NCBI GenBank assembly: GCA_964551295.1
Contig: CAZKDJ010000002.1
Location: 1,096 to 65,095 of the forward strand
Length of the DNA stretch: 64,000 bases
From: an uncultured Anaerolineales bacterium
Lineage (GTDB): Bacteria > Chloroflexota > Anaerolineae > B4-G1
Reading direction: 5' to 3'
Part shown: positions 16,673 through 23,784 of the stretch, one piece after another
Numbering within the stretch: the first letter of the stretch is position 1
Layout of the letters: the number at the start of each line of letters is the position of its first letter
Notes under the pieces: generated by a model
What the model was told of the DNA's origin: nothing
What the model saw: only the letters and a program-made list of their open reading frames with translations
Databases searched by the model: none
Position numbers and translations under genes: made by a program

Positions 16673-16690
16673 AGCGCGAATTTAATCTGA

Positions 16691-18667
16691 ATGGAGGAAA
16701 ACATGTTGCCAGTAATAACATCTTTCAATGCAAGAAGGCTGGGTGTTTTGTTTTTAACTATGTGCATAGCGGGCTTTGGGCTGACGACGTTCAGTCGGGC
16801 TTCTGCGCCAGAGCGCGCAGCCGCGCCGGCAGGGACGACGATTGGATCCGATATCACGGTCGACACGACCTGGACACTGGCCGGGAGTCCTTACTACGTG
16901 ACAAAGAAAGAGATTCAGATCAACCCTGGGGTCACCCTGACGATAGATCCGGGTGTACAAGTCCTCCTCAGAGATCAGGGCAAGATACACATTGCCGGTG
17001 GTGCATCCTTGATCGCCAGAGGGACCCCCAGTCAACACATTGCTTTCACGCAGATTGACGCTTACAGTCGCTGGAAGACGATCAACCACTACGCTGGATC
17101 GACCTCCTATTATCGTTACGTTGATTTCACCATAGGCGGTAAGGATATGGCGATGTTGCACTACGAGGGGTCGGGAACGCACACGCTGAATAACTGTACG
17201 CTCGATCATTCTTCGAAACACGGTATCTATGCCCATGGCAGTGGATTGAATCTGAGAATCGCCGGGGTCAGTATTACCCACTTTGGGCTTTACGCGCTGG
17301 CAGTTGACGAAGGTGCTGCGGTCCACATGACCGGATCCAACGTCTTTCATACGGGGCCGAAAAACGGAGTGAGTCTGAACGGTGCAACGTCGGCGCTTAC
17401 GATCACGCATTCGAACGTCTTCGTTCCCAACTTGGGCATCTACAACCAAGTCCCCGGCAGTTTCTGCGTTAACGCCCAGTACAATTGGTGGAATGACGCC
17501 AGTGGGCCCGCCGGCGGTGGCGGAGGAGTCTGTGGGGTGGGAGGTAATGGCGGCAGTGGTACGATTCTGAGTACCGGCGTGGACTGGCGCAACTATCTTG
17601 CCTCCCCTGCTCCCATCGTCGGCATCGAGACCACCCCCGTTCCATCCTTTACCGTCTCTCCCGATCCTAGCGTTGCGCAGCCTCCGGGTACCACTTACAC
17701 TTTCAACGCCTCCATCAGCACCGACGCTGAGGATTATCTCTCTTCCCTCGATTTCTGCTGGGATTGGGAGGATGACGGAGGCGGGTGCGACGCCACGACC
17801 GTCGTCGCGACCCACAGCTATGCCTCCGGTGGTCTACACACAGCGCGCCTGACCGTCACGGATACCGATGGCATGGTCGGCACGCTGACGCAGGATATCC
17901 AGGCCGGGTATGTGCCCACCGCGACCTTCACACTCACTAAAACGTCCTGGGCACAGATCGAGGTCGATCCTTCCGCCTCGAGTGACGTCGAGGATGCCCC
18001 GGGGGATCTGCTGGTCCGCTGGGACTGGGAGGGGGATGGCGTGTGGGATACAGGCGCGTACAGCGTCACCGATATTCTCACCCACGCATACGATCACATT
18101 GGACGTTACTGGCCCACTCTCAGTGTAGAGGATACAGATGGACTGGTCGACACATCGAGCATGGCGGTGGACATCATTCCGCCAGCGGCGACGAAAGTCA
18201 TCAGCGGCAGTGGAGGCACGCTGACCTCGGTGGATGGCACCGTTTGGGTCAATGTGTACACCGATACGGTGGCAGGCACCGTCATTAGCGATGGGTTGGT
18301 GATCACCCATACGCCCTGGATCACTGTGCCCATCGGCTGTAGCGCCGTGCCGGGAGATTTCACTTACCAGGGGTTCACACTGGCCGCCGAGTCGCAAGCC
18401 GATGGACAACCCATTGAACAGATCAGCGGCACTTATACGATCACGATTGCGTATGATCTCGATTACTATCGCGACGTGCTTGGCCTGCTGGTGGCCGAGA
18501 ATGTGCTCAAACTGTACCGTTGGTCGGATGCCGATGGCGAGTGGGTGCTGGTGTCGTTCACGGTCGACTCCGGGCAGCTCGTGGCAACGACGAACAGCTT
18601 TGGCGACTTTGCTTTGGTTCTGGAGCCGCATAAGGTTTACTTGCCGCTAGTCTGCAGGTCATACTAG
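16691..18667 (+). CDS. Secreted/anchored right-handed beta-helix protein with two PKD domains
   Basis: N-terminal hydrophobic signal/anchor (LGVLFLTMCIAGFGLTTF). Parallel beta-helix-like repeats (TIGSDITVDTTWTLAGSPYYV...INPGVTLTIDPGVQV...). Two PKD units (FNASISTDAEDY...HSYASGGLHTARLTVTDTDG and VDPSASSDVEDAPGDLLVRWDWEGDG...HAYDHIGRYWPTLSVEDTDG). Alternative start ATG 16703 after GGAGGA. Confidence 0.8.
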   Translation: MEENMLPVITSFNARRLGVLFLTMCIAGFGLTTFSRASAPERAAAPAGTTIGSDITVDTTWTLAGSPYYVTKKEIQINPGVTLTIDPGVQVLLRDQGKIHIAGGASLIARGTPSQHIAFTQIDAYSRWKTINHYAGSTSYYRYVDFTIGGKDMAMLHYEGSGTHTLNNCTLDHSSKHGIYAHGSGLNLRIAGVSITHFGLYALAVDEGAAVHMTGSNVFHTGPKNGVSLNGATSALTITHSNVFVPNLGIYNQVPGSFCVNAQYNWWNDASGPAGGGGGVCGVGGNGGSGTILSTGVDWRNYLASPAPIVGIETTPVPSFTVSPDPSVAQPPGTTYTFNASISTDAEDYLSSLDFCWDWEDDGGGCDATTVVATHSYASGGLHTARLTVTDTDGMVGTLTQDIQAGYVPTATFTLTKTSWAQIEVDPSASSDVEDAPGDLLVRWDWEGDGVWDTGAYSVTDILTHAYDHIGRYWPTLSVEDTDGLVDTSSMAVDIIPPAATKVISGSGGTLTSVDGTVWVNVYTDTVAGTVISDGLVITHTPWITVPIGCSAVPGDFTYQGFTLAAESQADGQPIEQISGTYTITIAYDLDYYRDVLGLLVAENVLKLYRWSDADGEWVLVSFTVDSGQLVATTNSFGDFALVLEPHKVYLPLVCRSY

Positions 18668-18683
18668 TTTTGATCGCTGTTTC

Positions 18684-18731
18684 AAAGGTGCCAGGCGCTG
18701 CTCGGGCGAGCGCTTGGCACCTTTATTTCTT
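18684..18731 (+). terminator. Rho-independent terminator
   Basis: 15-bp stem AAAGGTGCCAGGCGC / GCGCTTGGCACCTTT (one G-U pair), 11-nt loop, followed by ATTTCTT. Confidence 0.65.
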
Positions 18732-18741
18732 GATCATGGCC

Positions 18742-18770
18742 TTGCCTCAAACGGTTACTTGCATTACAAT
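18742..18770 (+). promoter_or_regulatory. Array promoter P2: TTGCCT-17-TACAAT
   Basis: TTGCCT at 18742-18747, 17-nt spacer, TACAAT at 18765-18770. ATG 18779 follows 8 nt later (leaderless-type spacing). Confidence 0.6.
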
Positions 18771-18778
18771 GCCTGCCG

Positions 18779-21289
18779 ATGAGATGGCTCAAGACGAATC
18801 TCTGTAAACCCATTTGGTTAATTGACATAGGGGTTTTTCTACTCTATTGCTCGCTTGCAGTGGTCATGACCTGGCCCGTGGCCGAGTATCTGACCACACG
18901 TCTCATCGGACATGGCGGTGATACTTACGTCCACTACTGGAACAACTGGTGGATCGGCCAGGCCCTGGCGCGGGGAACCAGTCCATATCATACCGACCTG
19001 TTGTTTCACCCTAACGGAGCCAGCCTCGTCTATCACAACTTTGGCTGGCTGAACATCGCCGGGGCGTTGGCCTTAAAGCCTCTGGCAGGCCCGGTGGGTG
19101 CCTACAACATTGTCTTTTTGCTCAACATCGCGCTGTGTGGATACGCGATGTACAATCTGGCAGGGTGTCTTTTGCACAGTCGTTCCGCTGCCTTTGTGGC
19201 CGGGCTGGTCCACGCCTTTTGGCCCTATCGTTTCATCCACGTCGATCACCCCAATCTGGTCTGCACGCAATGGCTCGTCTGGCTTCTGCTGTTTCTGATA
19301 CGGGCGGTGCGCGAGGGCGGGCGGCGCCACGTCTTGCTCGCTGCTCTATTCCTCATCCTGACGGCTTTTGCTCGCTTGCAGCTTTTCGTCCTGGCGCTCT
19401 TTCCGGCCGCGATCTGTCTTCTATACAGCCTGTTTGCCGAACGCGAGTGTTGGAATCGGCGAACCTGGTGCCGATTGGTTCTGATCGGCGCGTTGACCAT
19501 GGTTGTGCTGGCCTATCCACTTTTCCCATTAGTGCGCGAACAACTCGCAGGCGATTATCCCGATGACGTCTTTATCGACGAGCAGTCTGAGAATCAAACG
19601 GACTTGCTTGCTTACATCTTGCCCAACACCAACCACGCCCTACGCAAGCGGTATCTTCCGGATATCCTGGAAACCCACGTGGCGTTTGTCGGTTACACCG
19701 TTCTGGCGGTGGGGGTCTATGGCGCCTTTCGCGCCGGTCGGGGCGCTCGCTTGTGGGTGCTGATTGCCGCATTTAGTCTTGGCATGGCCTTGGGGCCCTA
19801 TCTCAAGGTGGGCGGAAAGGTCTACCCCGGAATACCCACGCCCTACCGGCTCATCGGCTGGAGCTTTCCCGTGCGCATCCTGCGCAACCCGCATCGCTTC
19901 AATATTCTGCTGGCTGTGCCGGTGGCTGTTCTCGTGGGCTATGGAGTTCATTATCTATCGCAATCAAAGTGGCGCGCCCGCCTGGTTCCCTTGCTGATGG
20001 CCGGGCTGGTCCTGTTCGAGTACCTGCGCACGCCCGTGCCCACGGCGAGACTGCAATACTCTCCCTTTTACGACCAACTGGCTGCTGAATCAGAGTCGTT
20101 CGGTCTGTATGACCTGCCGATGGGGTTCAGCGGCCCGGCCAAGTTCTACATGTATCTCCAGACGGTCCACGGCAAGTCCATCGTTCAGGGCAAAATGGCG
20201 CGGCCAACCCGGTGGATCAATGACTTTATCGACGGAGATCCCTTTACAGAGGGTATGCGGCTGAACGACAACAAAATAGATCCCGAACTGACGGCCGTGT
20301 CGCGCCACCTGGCCTATCTGGCCGATGCCGACGTGCGCTACCTGATCATGCACCGCGAGCCGGCGTTTCGCAAGTACCCGGAATATCCGTTCACCGAGCA
20401 ATGGGCCGAGTGGCAGGATTGGCTGACGATGGCGCCACTCTATCAGGACGATTTGATCGCCGTCTACAACACGCGTCCTCGCTACGGGCATGACTTTGAG
20501 TTCGATTTCGACTTGGGTGCCGACGTGGGCATCATTCAGGTTGGTTCTATGCCCACCTCCTTGGGTCAAGGTGACGTCATGGATTTGGATGTGCATTGGG
20601 GCAACCGAGGGGCGCCGGAGCGAGATTTGCTGGCTCGTCTGTCGCTGGTGGACGAGGCCAGCGAGGTTCAGCAGTCGCTGGAGTCGCCGCCCTGCGCCGA
20701 TTGGCCGACCGGCGATTGGCCGGATGGCGCGATCGCTATCGGCCGTTATCAGTTCCAGGTAGACCCTCACTTGCCGCCGGGTCGGTACGCTCTGACGGCC
20801 GAGTTGGTCGATGTCGGTCAACCGGCTGTTTTGGCTTACCTCGATATCGCTGCGTTGACGCGGGTGTTCGAGCCGCCCAGCCAGATGGAGCACACTGCTG
20901 GCGCTCGTTTCGGGGACGACCTGCGGCTGCTGGGGTACGACCTGACTCAAGAAGGCGATACGTTGGAATTGACCCTGCACTGGCAGGCCCTTCGACGGCC
21001 GACCGCTTACTACAAGGTATTCGTGCACCTGTTCGATCCGCAGACGGATGCCGTCGTCGCTCAAGATGATGCGGTCCCCCGCCGCTGGACGTACCCGACG
21101 ACGTGGTGGGAGGCCGGCGAGGTGGTGAGCGATGGGATACCACTGTCAGTGGAGAAAGTGCCCGCCGGGCGGTATCGCTTGGCGGTTGGGGTGTACCATC
21201 CCGAAATTGGCGATAGACTCCCGGTTTCTGGCGCGACGCTGGCTGTGCTCTCCGATGCCCTCGTCTTGCAGGAGGTCATAGTGCCGTGA
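18779..21289 (+). CDS. GT-C-like polytopic membrane protein, class B, with 2 C-terminal modules
   Basis: VVMTWPVAEYLTTRLIGHGGDTYVHYWNNWW. Modules contain VHWGNRGAPERDLLARLSLVD and LTLHWQALRRPTAYYKVFVHLFD...YPTTWWEAGE. Confidence 0.82.
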   Translation: MRWLKTNLCKPIWLIDIGVFLLYCSLAVVMTWPVAEYLTTRLIGHGGDTYVHYWNNWWIGQALARGTSPYHTDLLFHPNGASLVYHNFGWLNIAGALALKPLAGPVGAYNIVFLLNIALCGYAMYNLAGCLLHSRSAAFVAGLVHAFWPYRFIHVDHPNLVCTQWLVWLLLFLIRAVREGGRRHVLLAALFLILTAFARLQLFVLALFPAAICLLYSLFAERECWNRRTWCRLVLIGALTMVVLAYPLFPLVREQLAGDYPDDVFIDEQSENQTDLLAYILPNTNHALRKRYLPDILETHVAFVGYTVLAVGVYGAFRAGRGARLWVLIAAFSLGMALGPYLKVGGKVYPGIPTPYRLIGWSFPVRILRNPHRFNILLAVPVAVLVGYGVHYLSQSKWRARLVPLLMAGLVLFEYLRTPVPTARLQYSPFYDQLAAESESFGLYDLPMGFSGPAKFYMYLQTVHGKSIVQGKMARPTRWINDFIDGDPFTEGMRLNDNKIDPELTAVSRHLAYLADADVRYLIMHREPAFRKYPEYPFTEQWAEWQDWLTMAPLYQDDLIAVYNTRPRYGHDFEFDFDLGADVGIIQVGSMPTSLGQGDVMDLDVHWGNRGAPERDLLARLSLVDEASEVQQSLESPPCADWPTGDWPDGAIAIGRYQFQVDPHLPPGRYALTAELVDVGQPAVLAYLDIAALTRVFEPPSQMEHTAGARFGDDLRLLGYDLTQEGDTLELTLHWQALRRPTAYYKVFVHLFDPQTDAVVAQDDAVPRRWTYPTTWWEAGEVVSDGIPLSVEKVPAGRYRLAVGVYHPEIGDRLPVSGATLAVLSDALVLQEVIVP

Positions 21290-23784
21290 AAGACCGGCGA
21301 CGGGTTTTGTGGACGTGTGGGGGAGTTCTCCTCATATACACGCTACTGTCGTTAGTGATGACGTATCCTGCGATTACCCAACTGTCCACGCACCTGCTTG
21401 GGGATACGACAGACGTGTATATCAACCCTTGGGCCAACTGGTGGACGATGAAAGCCCTGAGGGAAGGGCTTGATCTCTACGAGATGAACTATTTGTTCTA
21501 TCCACGCGGTGTACACCTTCACTTTCACAGCTTCAGCCACGTCAACACTCTTTTGTGGATACCGCTGGCACCTTTGCTGGGCGACATCGCGGCCTATAAT
21601 CTGACCGTATTGATCTCGTACCCATTGGCTGCTTTCGCGATGTATCTGTTGGCCAAAGACCTGGAGCTGTCCGGTCCTGCCGCTTTTCTTGCGGGTCTGG
21701 TGTATGGCTTTTCGCCTTACCACTTGGCCAAGGCGGATAATCCTGTGCTCTGTAGCACTCAATGGATTCCATTGTTTGTCCTCTTTTTCTTGCGCGGGAT
21801 ACGCGAGAAGGATTTACGCAGCAGCGCACTCGCTGCCATTTTTATGGCTCTTACGGCGTTGACGAGTTGGCATCTGATGACACTGACCAGTATGTGGGTG
21901 GGGGTGTATTTACTTTACAGTGTCGCATTCGAAAGAAACATGTGGGATCGCCGAGCTCTGCACGCACTCCTGTTGACTGTTGCGCTTAGCGGCTTGATCC
22001 TGGTGCCGTTCCTGTATCCATTGGTGCGAGAGGTGCTGACGGTGGATCAACCATATATAGCGCGCCCCGATATGGCAGGCAACGACCTCCTCGCGTTTTT
22101 CGTGCCGGGGCCGGGCCATCCATTTCTGGGCGCTCTCCTGCGCCCAATTCACTCGAATCTGAGGATGCTGCCTGGGGCTGGGCGCACTCCACCGGTGTAC
22201 GTGGGCACGGTCGTTTACCTGTTGGCCCTGTGGGCTGCAATAAAGAGATGGCGCAAAAGCCTTTTCTGGTTGATGGCCGCGACTGTGTTTGCCTTTTTCT
22301 CCCTTAATTCTCCGCTGACGATCAATGGTGTCAGGTTAGAGCGGCTGCGTCTACCGCGGCCCGGTTCGATTATGGGGATAATCTCTTATCCTTTTCGATT
22401 CAACGATCTCTTTGCATTCAACCTTGCCATTCTTGGAGCCATAGGGTGGGATACGCTGCAAGTGCAGTTGCAGGCCAAGTGGTCAAGGGTTTCTCCAGCT
22501 TGGACCACGGGTGCGCTCGCTGTGTTGCTGCTATTTGTTTATGCAAAAATTCCGTTTCCAGCAGTTGAGCTTCAGACCCCTGCATTCTACGATCGATTGA
22601 GTGACGAGGAGGGGGATTTTGGCATCATCGAGGTACCGATGGGCCGTGCCAGGGAAAAGCGATACATGTTCTTTCAGATGTATCATGGCAAGAAGCTTGT
22701 AGGGGGGACTATATCTCGTCCCCCTCGTGACGCCTGGGATTTCATGGACACGGTGCCGATACTTCGTGCCATAAACCATACCGGCAAACCGCCGGATCGT
22801 GCCACCTTTGGCGTACGAGAGCAACTGGGAGAACTCGCGGCCCAGGATATTCGGTATTTGATTTTCCATGCGGATCAGCTTTCGGACGAGCGGTTGACTC
22901 TCTGGAAGGCGTACCTGGCTGTTCCTCCCATCTGTGAGGATCCTGTGGTGTATGATACGGCGTCTGACTTTGCGCCGCGCTGGCAGGCCAGCGACGATTT
23001 AGTGATACTGGACGCTGAGTGGATACCTGGCGATATCTCCCAAGCCGGGTGGGGAGAGCTATCGGTGACCTGGCTGGCGGATCGGCCACCAGAGAGGGAT
23101 CTAGACGTACGTGCGTCGTTTGTGGATGATGAAGGGCGGGTGGCTCAACGCGAGTTGTTTCGAATAGGCGATGAGGATTGGCCGACTTCGAAATGGCCTG
23201 TGGGGGCAGCGGCGACGTACGTGTATCCCATGCAGATTGGGCCGTTCGTCCGGCCAGGTGAGTATGCACTCGTGTTGGAGTTGGTCGATTCGGTTTCCGG
23301 GCGGATGCATGGAGATCCGGTGACCATCGGAAGGATTGAGGTTGCTGCGCTGCCACGGGTGTTTGCTCCTCCCACTGTGATGCACGCGCTATCTGTAGAC
23401 TTTGGAGACGATATTGCCCTGTTGGGATACGATGTCGAGCAAGGCGATGAAGTGTTACGATTGACGCTCCACTGGCAGGCCAGAAGAAAGATGGACGTCT
23501 TTTACAAATTCTTTGTGCATTTGTACGACGTGGATAGCGGCGCTTTGGTGGCGCAAACGGACGTGGTCCCGCGTGACTGGACCTATCCCACGACGTGGTG
23601 GGAGGCCGGCGAGGTGGTGAGCGACGAGATAATCCTATCGCTGAAGGATGTGCCGCCCGGACAATACCAACTGGCGGTTGGGATGTACGACCCGGAAAGG
23701 GGTGAGCGTCTGCTCGTCGTGGACGCTGCGGGAGAGGAGTTGCCCGGCGGGCGGTTGGTGCTGCCAGAGGAGATCGTGCGGTGA
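21286..23784 (+). CDS. GT-C-like polytopic membrane protein, class B (lower-GC subclade), with 2 C-terminal modules
   Basis: GTG 21286 overlaps TGA (GTGA). LVMTYPAITQLSTHLLGDTTDVYINPWANWW. Second module contains LTLHWQARRKMDVFYKFFVHLYD...YPTTWWEAGE. Confidence 0.82.
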   Translation: MKDRRRVLWTCGGVLLIYTLLSLVMTYPAITQLSTHLLGDTTDVYINPWANWWTMKALREGLDLYEMNYLFYPRGVHLHFHSFSHVNTLLWIPLAPLLGDIAAYNLTVLISYPLAAFAMYLLAKDLELSGPAAFLAGLVYGFSPYHLAKADNPVLCSTQWIPLFVLFFLRGIREKDLRSSALAAIFMALTALTSWHLMTLTSMWVGVYLLYSVAFERNMWDRRALHALLLTVALSGLILVPFLYPLVREVLTVDQPYIARPDMAGNDLLAFFVPGPGHPFLGALLRPIHSNLRMLPGAGRTPPVYVGTVVYLLALWAAIKRWRKSLFWLMAATVFAFFSLNSPLTINGVRLERLRLPRPGSIMGIISYPFRFNDLFAFNLAILGAIGWDTLQVQLQAKWSRVSPAWTTGALAVLLLFVYAKIPFPAVELQTPAFYDRLSDEEGDFGIIEVPMGRAREKRYMFFQMYHGKKLVGGTISRPPRDAWDFMDTVPILRAINHTGKPPDRATFGVREQLGELAAQDIRYLIFHADQLSDERLTLWKAYLAVPPICEDPVVYDTASDFAPRWQASDDLVILDAEWIPGDISQAGWGELSVTWLADRPPERDLDVRASFVDDEGRVAQRELFRIGDEDWPTSKWPVGAAATYVYPMQIGPFVRPGEYALVLELVDSVSGRMHGDPVTIGRIEVAALPRVFAPPTVMHALSVDFGDDIALLGYDVEQGDEVLRLTLHWQARRKMDVFYKFFVHLYDVDSGALVAQTDVVPRDWTYPTTWWEAGEVVSDEIILSLKDVPPGQYQLAVGMYDPERGERLLVVDAAGEELPGGRLVLPEEIVR

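Noticed and set aside
16479-16721. ORFs 16479..16664(+) and 16518..16721(-) encoding poly-Gly/poly-Pro
   Set aside because: They are merely translations of the G24/C19 homopolymer inside the MITE.
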